Assembly (NCBI RefSeq): GCF_963921235.1
Contig: NC_086118.1
Location: 14,758,001-14,822,000, forward strand
Direction of reading: 5' to 3'
DNA: 64,000 bases
From: Mobula hypostoma
Lineage: Eukaryota
Shown: positions 13,141 to 26,689 of the stretch, one piece after another
How the letters are laid out: each line of letters opens with the position of its first letter
Numbering within the stretch: the first letter of the stretch is position 1
Translations under genes and position numbers: made by a program
The notes under the pieces: model-generated
Database searches by the model: none
What the model saw: only the letters and a program-made list of their open reading frames with translations
What the model was told of the DNA's origin: nothing

Positions 13141-15134
13141 CATTGCTTCCGATTATGAAGTTCTTAACAAATTCTGAATGTCAAGGACATTTAAAAACTT
13201 ATTGAAATAAAAAGTTTTAAAAAGTAAAAGCAGTTAAAACCAATAGAATTTTTGGAAAATATTAAAGTAAAACAAAATAACATTCCCTTTTCCCTTTCAA
13301 TTTTCATGCATATAAATCTCAGCAAGATAGGTCTCAGCCAATGGACTTGATGAAGAGGCTAAAACAGGGTATACTTGAGGCATTCAGCCATGCCTCAGCA
13401 ACAACACTACCTGCCCAACATCCAAACTGGTCAGCAGACTTCTAGTCCAACCACACAAGTCAAAGGAATGCTGGGTGAATGGAGACATGTACAAGTTAAG
13501 ATGCAGTTTGCACACCAACAGTCAGAAGACAGAGCTCTCACACAGAGAGCTGAAGAACTTGTTGGGTCATGCAGCATCAATGGAGTAAAGTGGAAAGTCA
13601 ACATTTCAGGTCAAGATGAAGGTTCTTTGGCCAAGATTTCAAATGTCCATTTCCATCAGTAGATGTGGCCTTACATGCTGAGTTCCTTCAGTTCTCTCTG
13701 TATTGCTCCAGATTCCACATGTGCAATCCCTTGTATTAGCAGTTTACAGTGCTTAAGATTATGTATGCTGGAACCCAGAGGTTGTCCAAAACTATTCTGG
13801 GGTTGCTAAGGCTGAAGGTAACAAAAGCTGTAGATGAGATTTACCATGACTGTGGTGTTGGAAGTGGGCTCTGTTAATGGTGGGACGTATGGTTCTGTGT
13901 AAGAAACCCTCTCAAATGCAGCTTCAAAGTTACAAAAACCTGACACAAACACAGATGAATTTGATAACTGGGGGATGGAATGAATGACAGGGCACATGAA
14001 ACCAATGATGCGGAAACCCTATCAAATGGGAAATGTACATTAAAGCACCTCTTGCAATGCACCCCATACTTGGTCGAGTTCAACTTGTATACAGAGACAC
14101 CCTCCTTCAAAGCCCTCTCATTCTATGGGGGAACTGTGATAGCTGTCAGTTGGATCATTAACATCAGCAGCTCAGGGTGGTAATTGGAGCAGTCACAACA
14201 AAGAAATATGGAAGGACTAATCTATGTGGAGGGAAATGGATGATACAAGACTCCTCAAGCACGGAGCTATCTGGGGTATTGCCCTTAAGTAATAAAATTG
14301 TATCCTTGGATTGAGTTCCACTTCCAGTAGAGGCCTGTGCCATTCACAGGCCTCATACATACATATGTCTGTGCAAGTGATATCAAAGAAAACATGGTAC
14401 ACCATTTAACAGCACAACGCATGCCCTGTATTGTCTGGGTGTCTGCCCTTCGTACACATGTGCAGGACTTGGATTAAAAAAACAGAGAGACACTACCAGC
14501 TCACAAGGCAGACAATCAGATTTCTAAAATTCAAAGAAATACATTAAAAAATAATGCTTACTACACAAATTCTTGGCCAGTGGGTTTGCTCTTCCCAGTA
14601 TTTTGCTGCAAGAAACTTCTCATCCAAAACTACACAATGCACAAATAGGGTAAGGACTCAGCAACAGAAGAGGGATTGAGAAAGGCGGTGATAATGGAGA
14701 GTTTGTCAATGTAGAGTCAGTTACGTCATTAACAAAATCATGCACTATGATAATTAAATGGTATCTTAACGTATTTTTAAGCATTAAATATTTTAAAATT
14801 AGAATCATAGCAACTTAAGAGCACAAAAAGAGATTACTTGCCACATTGTGAAATAACTGAATGCAATTTAAAAATACCAGTGTTAGGGTGAGAACAGAGA
14901 GCCACAACAAATTTCATGTCAGAAAAGACAGTGATAAAAAAAACTGATTCTGACAGACGTCAACATAACCATCAATGGAGCTGGGGAGTTGTGCACGCTG
15001 CTGGCACAGGAGACATTCTGTCCCACAATCATAGAAACTGTGCGGTATCTCAGTGATCTTCATGGCTGGGTTCTCATCCACTTGGGCAAGGTGCTACAGT
15101 CAGGGATCAGCATCAGCAGTTGGACCACAGCAAA

Positions 15135-16205
15135 AGTTGAATCAGGATCAGAATCTGGTTTAATATTGCCGGCAAAGAGGGAAAAAATATCATTCTCCAT
15201 TCAGAAATCTGATGGTGGAGGGGATGCTGTTCCTGAAACGTTGAGTGTGTGTCTTCATGTTTCTGTACCTCCTCCTTGATGGTAGCAATGAGAAATAGGC
15301 ATGTCCTGAGTGTTTGGGGTCCTTAGTGATGGATGCTGCCTTTTTGAGGCATCGTCTTTTGAAGGTGTCCTAGATCCTGGGAAGGCTAGTGCCCATAATG
15401 GAACTGACTGAATTTACAACTTTCTGTAGCTTTTTCTGACGCTGTGCATTGGAGCCTCCATGCCAAATGGCAATGCAATGAGTTACAGTGCTCTCCACCA
15501 TACATCTGTAGAAATTTGCAAGTATCGTTGTTGACATACCAAGTCTCCTTGAACTCTTAATGAAATACAGTCACTGCTGTGCCTTCCTTGTAATTGCATC
15601 AATATATTGAGTACAGGATAGATCCTCAGAGATGTTGACACACAGGAACTAGAAACTCCTCATCCTTTCCACTTCTGATCCCTCGATGAGGACTGGTATG
15701 TATTCCCTCAATTTCCCCTTCCTGAATTCTACAGTCAAATCCTTGGTCATACTGACTGACTTTGAGTGCAAGATTGATTTCACGACACCACTCAATCAAC
15801 TGATCTATCTCACTCCTGAATGCTTCCTCATCACCATCTGAGTTTCTGCCAATAATAGTTGCACTGTCGGCAAATTTATAGATGGCATTTGAACTGTGCC
15901 TAGCCACACAGTTGTGGGTGTACAGGGAGTAGAGCAGTGGGCTAAGCATGAATCCTTGAGGTGCACCAGTGTTGACTGTCAGTGAGAGGGATGGTATTTC
16001 CGAACTGCACAGACCGTAGTTTTCCTGTGAAGAAGTCAAAGATCTAGTTGCAGGGGGAGGTACAGAGGCCCAGGTTTTGGTTGATAATTAGAAATGAGGG
16101 TATGATTGCGTTGAATGTTGAGTTGTAGTCTATCAACAATAGGTATTGTTATTGTCCAGGTGATCCAAGGCTGGGTGGGGACCCAGTGAGACTGCATCCC
16201 AGTAG
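15135..16205 (-). mobile_element. Rex1/Babar-type LINE, decayed 3' part
   Basis: TGAPQGFMLSPLLYSLYTHNC...YKFADS...WCREINLALKV. (GATTCT)-like tail. Confidence 0.85.
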
Positions 16206-16639
16206 ACTGCCGCATCAGAATTCAGAGAAGGTTTGACCTGCCAATCAACAGAAGTCATGCCTAATCAGCTCATTAGCACACTGACCCCTGGCAGTCACAA
16301 GTATACACAAGGCTCAACTTAGGGTATAGAGGGATAGGGAGAATGAAAAGGGGATTTCTGTTACACTTTTCTTCCAACTTCAAGTGAAGGAATTTCATGC
16401 ACAATAACACAAAACACTTTTCTTGCTGTATATTAAGAATACCCAGTTACAACTTCTCCATACCAATATCTCAACACCAGCCCTCAATAAATTTAGGTAG
16501 AGGAAGGGAGATAAGGCAATGAGGAGAGGCATCAGTCCTGCAGAAATTGTTGGGTGCTGCCAATGGAAATAAGAATTGATCCATTGATCAAGCACCAACT
16601 GGAACAAATTCTACAAATCCTGCAGGTGATGAAGCAGAT

Positions 16640-17670
16640 CAGCCCCTATCCGAGAACTGACCTGGATCCACTCTAATTTGCTTACAGTCAAAATGGATCA
16701 ACAGTATTAGCTCTTCACTCAATCCTGGAACACCTGGACAGTAAAGACGCTTACATCAGGATGTTCTTCATTGATTACAGCTTGGCGTTCAATACTATCA
16801 TCCCCTAAAAACTAATCAATAAGCTTCAATTCCAAGTCTTTGGCCTCAATTCCTCTCTGTACAACTGCATCCTCATTTTCCTCGCTTGCCAATGCCAGCC
16901 AGTTTGGATTGGTAACAACATTTCCTCCAAAATCTCCATCAGCACAGGTGCACCACAAGGCAGTGTGTTAGTCCACCGCTCTACTTGCTTTTTTCTTATG
17001 GCTGTGAGACTAAGCACAGCTCCAGGGCCTTATTTAGGTTTGCCGACGACACCAGTGTTGTTGACTGAATCAAAGGTGGTGATGAATCAGAATACAGGAG
17101 AGAGCTTGAAAATCTGGCTGAGTGGAGCCAAAACAACAACCTCTCACTCGAAGTCAGCAAGACCAAGGAGATGATTACTGACTTCAGCATGAAACCAGAA
17201 GTCCATGAGCCAGTCCTCATTGGGGGATCAGAGGTGGAGAGGATCAGCAACTTTAAATCCCTCGGTGTTGGCATTTCAGAAGAATATTCCTGGGTCCAGT
17301 GGCATTAAAAAGAAAGCACAGCAGCGCCCCTACTTTCTTATAAGCCTCCAAATATTCAGCTTGTTAACTAAAACTCTGACAAACTTCTACAGATATGTGA
17401 TGAAGATTATCTTAACTAATTGCATCATGGGCTGGCATGGAAATGCCAATGCCCTTGTATGGAAAAGCTTACAAAAAATAGTGGTTACAGCTCAGTCCTT
17501 CACAGGCAAGGCCCTCCCCACCACTGAGTACATCTATACTCACAGGAAAGCAGCATCCATCCTCAAGGACGTCCACCATCCATGTTCTCTTCCTACTGCT
17601 GCCATTGGGAAAGAAGTACAGGAGCCTCAGGACCCATACTACCAGGTTCAAGAACAGTTATTACCCCTCT
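16640..17670 (+). mobile_element. Rex1/Babar-type LINE, decayed
   Basis: [24 protein letters not shown] and KAQQRPYFL...TNFYR motifs. Confidence 0.85.
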
Positions 17671-17674
17671 GGAA

Positions 17675-18760
17675 TGTTGTGGCTATCTAGAAATGTACAA
17701 AAATATTACTATGTAGATCTAATTGTTTAATGCTATTGTGTAGTGACTTCCGGATGACACTAGTTATAGAAATTGCTATTGGGACAATACGTACCCTGCT
17801 CTTGTTCCATAGTTTTTCATTTTCCTATTTTAATTCAGCATACTTCTGGTGTTTTTTGCTTATTGATTTCTGTACACTATGTATGCTTGGAAGGGCTATT
17901 TAGTAAGTTCTGCTTGCTTGTTTATCCTATAATATTATATCCAGACAGTTGTTATGGATTATCCTATTCATAATAATGGATCAGTCATAATATAACTTGT
18001 ATGACTGTGACTCTAAAATTGGATCAGGCTTGTATTTATAGTAAGATATGGTGTCTTTTATGAGTTTATATTTTAAAGCAAGATTTTGGTGAATGATGTT
18101 TGCCACTTCATTGTGCCTTCTATCCAATCAGATTGAGTTAAACTGCTGCAGGATCCTTTAATGCCTTGGATTGTTTCTGGTTTCTCCTGGCACGTTCTGC
18201 AATTATCATCTTAAATTTTTTTGTCTTTCGTTATTTATTTTTCTTTTTTTTTGTGTTAACCACCTGGTCCTGTATTCCCAAAGGAATTCTTCTGTTTCTG
18301 GGAAGAGATCTCCAACTCTGAGCCAGGCATCTGTCACTTCCTTGTTGACACCTAGTCTGTTCAGATTATGAGGATGTCTTCCATGGAGGGTCGTGTTCTT
18401 CCGTTCGTTAACTTTTTCTTCAATAGTGATAATTTTTTCATTTTTCTGGGCTGTGCTTTCATTTAGGTTTAGTGATGTGTACCATTTATCAGAATGGCAT
18501 ATGCTCGTGTGGAGTGCTGAATCCTGTTTTCGTGGATGAAAATATATCCTTAGAAGTTTTATCTGCTGTTGTGCAAATTTTTTATGTCTGTGATTCCTCT
18601 TCTTCCTTCTGTCCCCGCTAGTTTGATCTGCTCCTTAATCTAAGTGCGGACGAGTATACATAGTGTTTTCCAAAATTTGTCATTTCAGTTCTTATGCATC
18701 TTTGTAAATTTTCCAGATCATTTTGGGCCAAGATATTATGGCAAAAGAACACTTTAGCTA
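17675..18760 (-). mobile_element. R4/Dong-clade (restriction-like endonuclease) non-LTR retrotransposon, decayed C-terminal region
   Basis: Hand translation of the minus strand across frameshifts: DLENLQRCIRTEMT, LHGRHPHNL, AWLRVGDLFPETEEF, IQDQVVNT, CRTCQEKPETIQGIKGSC, RHNEVANIIHQNLALKYKL, HNNCLDIIL, KHQKYAELK, LWNKSRVRIVPIAIS. Confidence 0.85.
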
Positions 18761-18764
18761 TTCT

Positions 18765-18965
18765 TACTCTTATTTTTTTCCCTTTTTTTTTGCATTTGCA
18801 GTTTGTAGTTTTTTGAAACATTGGTTGTTGTCTGTCCTGTTGGGTGCAGTCTTTCCTTGATTCTATTGTGCTTCTTGTATTTACTGTGAATGCCCACAAG
18901 AAAATAAATCTCAGGGTTATATATGGTGACAGACCTGTACTTTGAAATTAAATTTACTTTGAACT
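18765..18965 (+). mobile_element. Rex1-type LINE 3' UTR/tail fragment
   Basis: gaatgcccacaagaaaataaatctcagggtt...aaatttactttgaact. The same tail recurs at ~50220-50300, ~58010-58265 and, inverted, at ~47355-47430. Confidence 0.65.
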
Positions 18966-20660
18966 GTGCCAACCAGTAGCTGAAAAGAATTCATGTGTAT
19001 ATTGAATATTGTTTTACTCAACTCAGGTGATGTCACTTTCCTGGAAGTAAAATAAATAACACTATGGCCTCACAGGGTTGTACCACAAGATGAAAATCTT
19101 CTGAGTGTGAAATAAATGCTAAAAATGATAGGGTTCAGGCAAGAAAACTTCTGGCTTCATATCCATAAAGCTCAATTATCAAGACTACAGTCGTTTTGGC
19201 TCAACAAGGTCAGGAAACATTTACACTGATCTTGAATGATTATAATTGTCAATGCACAGATCATGTTGCTTCCAAAAATGGAGACACAAGAGATGGCAAA
19301 TGCTGGATATCTCGAGCAACACACAAGTGAGCTGGAGGAACTCAGCAGATCAAACAATATACTGTAGATCAGTGCAATACTGTACAGGCCTTTCGCCGAT
19401 GATGTTGTGCCGATGTTTTAATCTACTCCAAGATCAATCTAACCACATAGCCCTCCTTCTTTCATTCATCGACGTGCCTGTCTAAGTCTCTTAAATGCCC
19501 CTAATGTAACTACCTCTAAAACAACCCCTGGCAGTGTTTTTCATGCATCCACCAGCCACCTCAAAAATATGTCCTCTTGTATTAACTACTGCCACCCTGG
19601 GAAAAAAGACGCTGGCTGCCATCTCTACCTTTGCCTCGTGTCATGCAACACCGATGGAAGAAATGGAGAGTTGACATTTCGGGTCAAGGCTCTTTGTCTG
19701 GACTGGGAAGAAATGGAGGAGACAGCCAGAGAGCTCAAAAGTAGCAGGGTTATGCTATTATCTTAGTTCACACTAGATGGCAGTGTGGATTTAATGTCTT
19801 GCAGATGAACAAATCAGAACCACAGCATTTAATGATTTATATCACAAATACAGCTATCTGTTTACATGCCTGTTCTACACCATGATGACAATAGAATGTT
19901 GCAAACAACAATTAATTGCTTTAAAAATAATAAAAACTCTTCCGTTTTCCTATCATGCCATTGATGCTAATCTTTGCTCATGATATTGCTAGATAAAGTG
20001 CTCTTCTCCTTTATGTACACAAACGAATAGATTGAGATAATCAATTCCTCATTCATTTCCAGGGACATCACCGGGGCCTGATTACACCTGTACCTAATGT
20101 CTGCACAAATAGCAAGTGATTATCAGGCAATAATGTTAAGGAAGAATTCTGCTACTATTAGTAGTTTATAGTGCACCCACATCAAAAGACCCCTCTCCCT
20201 TGGAGGATTCCAGCATCTCCTTAGCAACTGAGCAGATGAAGAACTCCTTCTTCTGCGATTCAGACAGCTGGGGTGAGGGTGAAGAAATGACAAAAAGCAT
20301 TAAGAAGGAACAGACAAGATGAAGGAAGGATAAGTACAAAAAAAAAGGTAGAGTTGGGGGAGGTACAGACATGATCTGACAACCTAAGAGACAAGAGCTG
20401 GGGCAGCAGAGATAAAAGTAGGTGATCGGGAAAAGTACGGGAAAGGAAAAATTAAATGATCCGCCCCCAGAGCAACACCCACAATCTGTTAGGTAATAGT
20501 GGAGTCTGCACCATAGGTTGTTTTCACTCATTTTAGTTTACCTCTGAGGTCCACTTGGCATTTCATCTTCTCTCTCCCAAAGGCACAAACATGATCAAGA
20601 ATTTACCAGGTGGGAAATTTTCAGGCAAACTATCTTCACAATTACATACTTTGTAGTTTC

Positions 20661-21487
20661 GGAATCAGAATCAGATTTAGTATCATTGGCATATGCCATG
20701 AAGTTTGTTGCTTTGCAACAGCAGTGCAATGAAATACAAAATAAAAACTGCAAGTTACAATAAGAAATACATATATAAAAAGAAAATTTAATTAAATAAG
20801 AGCAAAAAGAGAGAGGAAAATACTGAGGTAGTGTTCAGGGGCTCATTGCCCATTAAGAAATCTGATGGCAAAGGGGAAGAATCTGTTCAGTCTCCTGTAC
20901 CTCCTCCTTGATGGTAGCAATGAGACGGGGGCAGGTCCTGGGCGACAGCGGTCCTCAATGCTGGATGCCGCCATTTTGAGGCATTGTCTTTTGAAGATGT
21001 CCTGGATGCTGGGGAGGCTGGTGCCCATGATGAAGTTGGCTGAGTTTACAATTCTCTGCAGCTTTTCCTCATTCTGTGCAGCAGCCCTTCCGTACAGTGA
21101 CGCAACAAGGTAGAAGGCTCTCTACGGTACGTCGTAGAAATTTGCCAAAGTCTTTGGTGACATATTAATTCTCCTCAAGCTCCTATTGACATATAGCCTA
21201 GGTTGTGCCTTCTTTGTAATTGTATCAATATGTTGGGCCCAGGGTAGATCCTCAGAGATGTTGACACCAGGATCTTGAAACTGCTTACCCTTTACACTTC
21301 TCATCCCACCATGAGCGGCTAATGTGTGTTTCCTCAACTTAACCCTTCCTGAAGTCCACAAACTGTTTTTGGAAAATACTGACATCAAGTGCAAGGTCGT
21401 TACTGCCTCTACATCATGATTTGAAATTCTCCTCGCAACAGTGTTGTCAGCAAATTTATAGATGGTGCTTGAGTTGTGCCTATCCAC
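20661..21487 (-). mobile_element. Rex1/Babar-type LINE 3' part
   Basis: TIYKFADNTV...KKAQPRLY...LANFY. (GATTCT) tail at ~20661-20675. Confidence 0.82.
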
Positions 21488-21489
21488 AT

Positions 21490-23112
21490 TGGGGTTACGT
21501 TGACCTCTTGTGCCCGACTTAGAACACCTGGTGATTAAATGTAAACTATTCCATTTGCCTCGGGAGTTCTTATGCGTGATCCCGACTGCAGTTTACATAC
21601 CACCAGTGGTCAATTATAAGCAAGCACTTGCAAATCTGCACGATGTCCGCATGCAATAAACAGCCCATCCCAACATTTCAATTTATAGGCCTGTCTGAAC
21701 AAAAACCTGCCCAATTATCATCAGCGTGTAACCTGTAGCACCAGAAGTCCCAACACTCTAGACCACTGCTATACTACAATAAGGAGCGCCTATCATTCCT
21801 TCCTGAGACTGCATTTTGGCAAATCTGATCATTTCACTGTACTCCTGCTACTTGCATACAGACAGAGCCTAAAAAGCAAGGCTCCAGGGATCAAGGCAAC
21901 TAAGCGGTGGTCAACGGAGGCAGAGGAATGATTACAACATTGTCTTGAGTCAGTGGACTGGGCCGTGTTCAAGAACTCATCTGAGGACCTGAATGACTAC
22001 ACAGTAGTCATTACAGACTTTATTAAAACAACTGTGGATGAGTGTGTCTCCACAAAACCCTTCAGGGTTTTCCCCAATGAGAAGCCCTGGATGAACAATA
22101 TAATCCAGAACTTATTGAGAACCAGATCAGAGGCATTCAAGTCTGGAGATCAAAGAATGCTACAAGAGGTGCAGGTATGATCTCCGAAAAGCCATCTCAC
22201 AGGCGAAGTGTAGATTCTGGACTAGATTGGAATCAGCAAGGGATGCTTGACAGCTGTGGCAGGCTTGAATGGCACTACCTCCTACAAAGTTAAATCTTGC
22301 GACATAGGGGATGGTAGAGCTTTGCTTCCGGATGAGCTCAATGCCTTCTATGCTCGCTTTGACCATCAGAATAGGAAGGAGCCATCTTGCACTCCCATGT
22401 CTCCCGAAGATCCTTTGGTCTCAGAATCTGAAGATGACGTGTGGGCTACCTTCAGAGAGTGAATCAAAGGAAAGCAACCAGTCTGAATGGAGTAACTGAC
22501 CCAGCACTGAAGACCTGTTCTGATGTATTCATGGATATCTTCAACTTCTCACTCTGGCAGTGTGTGGTACCCACTTGCTTTAAGCAGGACTCAACTGTAC
22601 TGATGCCCAGGAAGATCATGGCAGCCTGTCTCAATAATCATTGCCCAGTGGCAATTACATCCTGTGATGAAGTGTTTTGAGAAGCTGGTGTTGAAGTCTA
22701 TCAGCTCCAGTCTGATTGGCGGCTTGGATCTGTTCCAATGCACCTACTGAATCAATAGGTTTACAGCAGGTCCCATCTCATTGGCTCCTCACACAACCTT
22801 GGAACATCTGGACAATGAAGATGAATGCATCAGGATGCTCTTCATCAATTATAGCTCAGCATTTAACACCATCGACCTCTCAAAACGAATGTGTACTCTG
22901 CTCCCTGCTCTACTCACTTTACACCTATGACTGTGTGGCTAAGTACAGCTCAAACACCATATACATGTTTGCTGATGACACCGCTGTTGTGGGCTGTGTC
23001 AAAAAGGTGGTGAAGCATCAACATACAGGAGGGAGACTGAAAACTTGGCTGAATGGCGTAATAACATCAACCTCTCACTCAACGTCAAGGAACTAATTGT
23101 AGACTTCAGGAG
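21490..23112 (+). mobile_element. Rex1/Babar-type LINE, decayed, endonuclease through RT
   Basis: LEHLVIKC...AVYIPP, DWAVFKNSS, FPNEKPWM, LPDELNAFYARFD, YMFADDTAVVG. Confidence 0.85.
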
Positions 23113-23598
23113 AACTGAAGATATGATTGTGTTGAACGCTGAGCTGTAATCAACAAGCAATAACCTGGCATAAATATTACTATTATTCAAGTGATCTAAA
23201 GCCAAGTTTAAAGCCAGTGAGATTACATCTGCTGAAGACCTATTGTGGCAATAGTAGGTCCAGGTCCTTGCTTAGCAGGAGTTGATTGTAGCCATGACCA
23301 ACCTCCCAAAGCACTTGATCACAGTGGATGTGAGTGCCACTGGGTGATTGTTATTGAGACAGCTCACCCTGCTCTGCTTGGGCACTGGTATCATTGGCAC
23401 CCTCTTGAAGCAGCTGGGAACCTCTGGCTGCAGCAGTGAAAGATTGAACATGTCCTTGAACAATCCCACCAGCTGGTTGGCACAGGTTTTCAGTGCCTTA
23501 CCAGGTACACCATCAGGGCCTGATGCCTTGCAAAGATTCATCCTCTTGAAAGAGGTTCTGACACTGACCTCTGAGACAGAGATCACACGATCACCAGA
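23113..23598 (-). mobile_element. Rex1/Babar LINE fragment in the opposite orientation; resumes briefly after the solo LTR (~24016-24045)
   Basis: KASGPDGVPGKALKTCANQLVGLFKDMFNLSL...HPVALTSTVIKCF and [15 protein letters not shown]. Confidence 0.85.
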
Positions 23599-24015
23599 TG
23601 TTATGTGGGGGTGAGGCTTATTTGTCAGTCAAAAGTCGCTTCCACCATGTTGGTCATTGACTGGTCCGTTTAAAAACTGCCACCGCCCTTTTGCATTGGT
23701 TGGCTTGCTTGGCATGGCACCAATTTCCAGTTGCAGGAGCCACAAGGGGTAAAATAGCACATGCAAGGAGGCTTCATCACTCACTCACTTCCCTTTGTCA
23801 CCAGGGCATGCTTCACAGAACTCTCGGGAAGGTATGCTCCATACGCACTTATAGCTAAGTATCTGCTTGTTGAATATTTAGCTTACTAGCTTGTGTAACT
23901 TGGGAAGACTTAAATATTTAGCTTTTTTCCCTCCTGTTTGTAAATAAATAATTAATATGCTTAATCAGTGTTTTCTGTCTCACACACCAAACCCTTAAAC
24001 TACTTCTACATTACA
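23599..24015 (+). mobile_element. Solo LTR (417 bp)
   Basis: TG...CA ends with inverted termini tgttatgt / acattaca. Perfect 5-bp TSD ccaga (23594-23598 and 24016-24020). AATAAA near 23944. Confidence 0.85.
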
Positions 24016-24949
24016 CCAGATGCTACAGGGTTTTAAACAGGTGTAGGAAGTTTTAGACCAAAGTAGATAACTGTCAAGTTTGCATTTTAAATTTGCAACC
24101 CATTTTGCTCTTTTCTGTTCATTTCAGAATTACACATTTTTTATTTCTTTCTAATAATAGTTTTAAGTTAAACGTACACAAATCATTTATCATACCAATC
24201 TTCCAGCAGCAAGGGTTAAGAAATGGACATAAATTTTACTTATAAATTTATGTTATAATGTTCTATTCTAAATCCTTAGGTGGCTTTGGGGAGAATATTT
24301 ATGAACTTCCTCTAAATCAATATCCGACAAATTTGCTGACAATTTGGAAACAACAGAGAATTTGCACCAATTCTCAAAAGTAACTTAAATAAAAAAAACA
24401 GTATCATTAGACAAGTAGAGAGAGAGAGAGGAAAAAAAAACAAGTTAATGTTTCAGGTCAAGGAACTTGCACAAGAACCACGTAAGTGAGAAAACAAATG
24501 TGTTTTAAGTTATCATGAGAGGAAGAATTGAGGGGAACCTGTGCGGGGAACAAAGGGGAAGTCTGTTATAGGGTGGATGGAAGTTGCCCACAATGTTTTT
24601 GGAATTGACGTATGAATAAGGGCACATAGAGAGAAAAATAACAAAGAATACTCATTTCCTTTTCCAAATCTTTTGTTCTGGTGTTGTACGAAATAACACC
24701 ATGAGATGTTGCACAAAACGGAAGGATTTCCAGGAGGATATGTTTTCCCACTACTGTTTTCACTGGACAATTCTTTTTAAAAGGAGTGTGTTTTCCTCTG
24801 TGGTAGGTAGAGTCAAAAGCTTACTACCATTGTAGAAGGATCATTATTACAAGGCTTGCAGTGATTCAAAGAGAAGATCCCTGCCACCCTCCCATGGCAT
24901 GAAGAGATGAGCATCAAATGTGACTTTGAAAACAATCAGACTATGAAAA

Positions 24950-25308
24950 CATATACTTTATATTTTATTGTCGCCAAACAATTGATACTAGAAAGTACAA
25001 TCATCACAGCGATATTTGATTCTGCGCTTCCCACTCCCTGGATTACGAATTGATAGTAAATATTTAAAAAATTTAAATTATAAATTATAAATAGAAAATA
25101 GAAAAATGAAAAGTAAGGTAGTGCAAAAAATCCGAGAGGCAGGTCCGGATATTTGGAGGATACGGCCCAGATCTGGGTCAGGATCCATTCAGCAGTCTTA
25201 TCACAGTTGGAAAGAAGTTGTTCCCAAATCTGGCCGTACGAGTCTTCAAGCTCCTGAGCCTTCTCCCGGAGGGAAGAGGCACGAAAAGTGTGTTGGCTGG
25301 GTGGGTCG
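24950..25308 (-). mobile_element. Rex1-type LINE 3' end
   Basis: Minus strand encodes the degenerate FVPLPSGRRLRSLKTRTARFGNNFFP terminus, followed by a 3' UTR. Confidence 0.75.
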
Positions 25309-26689
25309 TGAAGGGGAATGAGGAGCATCAGACAATGCCTACGATCAAGTCTTTTGAAAGTAGGCTCACGAAGCTGCAGCAACCAACTGGAAATCATCAG
25401 AGATCAAATTTTAAATTTTCCTAGGTCTTAAAGCCATTTGAGATGACACGTTTTAATTTATAATGTGGAAGTTGATAAATTTGATGATTAATTCTCCCAA
25501 AAGAGCAGCCAAAGTGAAATACGGCCTCACATTATTGCCTCCACATCAGGTAGTCAACTAACTTGGATTCAACAACAATAAAACAAACAAATTTACCACT
25601 CAGTGTAATGTAATAAATTTGGGCATCTACACTTGCACTGAGTAATGGAGGCATTTGAATATTGCTGTGCAATAGTCCCTGCTCCGTCAGGAGATGTGCT
25701 CTGCTAGAGCCTTGTCAAAGGACCAAAGAGCAAAAAGTTGCAGGCTCCATCCACTAAATATATTAGAAAGTGCTTGAGTATTAACCTCAAAATTTTGGCC
25801 CCAATAAAAGCTACAAATTTAGGAATCAGTTAGAAAGACAGACTTGGAATCATAATGACTGTCTTTATTCAAACGGAGCAGAAGGCCAGCTATGTGACCT
25901 TCACCATCTCGTCCTCATTGTTAAGTGAATTTTTAATCACCGAACAAGTTTGCCTTGCAGACAAACAAGATCTGGCCTTGAATTTTTACCAGTGCAGCCT
26001 CTCAGTAAGAATTACATGTGGTAATTACAAAATGTTTCCTTTTTAAGCTCTTCTACTGTGTCTTAACTCTCTGGGGCTCATTTACTTTTCCTTCTTTCTC
26101 AGTTCGGATGACGGGTCTCTGACCTGAAATATTAACTCCACTTTTTCTTTCTACAGATGCTGAATGTTTCTAGTATTTAGACATTTTATTTCAGACTTCA
26201 AATATTTATGTTTTTTTAATCTGTTTATTGCACTTTCAGTAAATGGTTTTGCATTAATTTAAACACTCCAACTTATACTTCCTGATTTGGACCCTGTGAA
26301 TCACAGTGAAGATTTTTCAGTCTGATTGGCAAAGTTACAACATTATACTGTAGATGTTCAGGAACTGAATGCTGCTCATCAGAATCACATAAGGCATCTA
26401 TAAGACTAATGAATAGAGTGTACAACGCATAAAATCCAGGTTTGTTCTTCATCAAATTATGGTATTGCTTTGCACTGCTGTAACTATATGCTATAATTAT
26501 GTGGTTCTGTCAGTGTTAGTCTTTGGTTTGTCCTGTTTTCTATGATATCACTCCGGAGAAACATTGTATGATTTCTTAATGCATATATGCATTTCTAAAT
26601 GACAATAAAAGAGTGTTCTCATAATCTGAAAAAAAAAACAAGTTTAGTTAAATCTTTTCTCAATTAGTGACCATTGCTCTAGTAATCTT

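Noticed and set aside
20166..20270. Polypyrimidine tract plus CAG followed by LSESQKKEFFICSVAKEMLESSKGEG on the minus strand; possible alternative GAS7 exon
   Set aside because: The upstream exon ends in phase 1, which gives a stop after two codons. No homology recognised and no transcript evidence.
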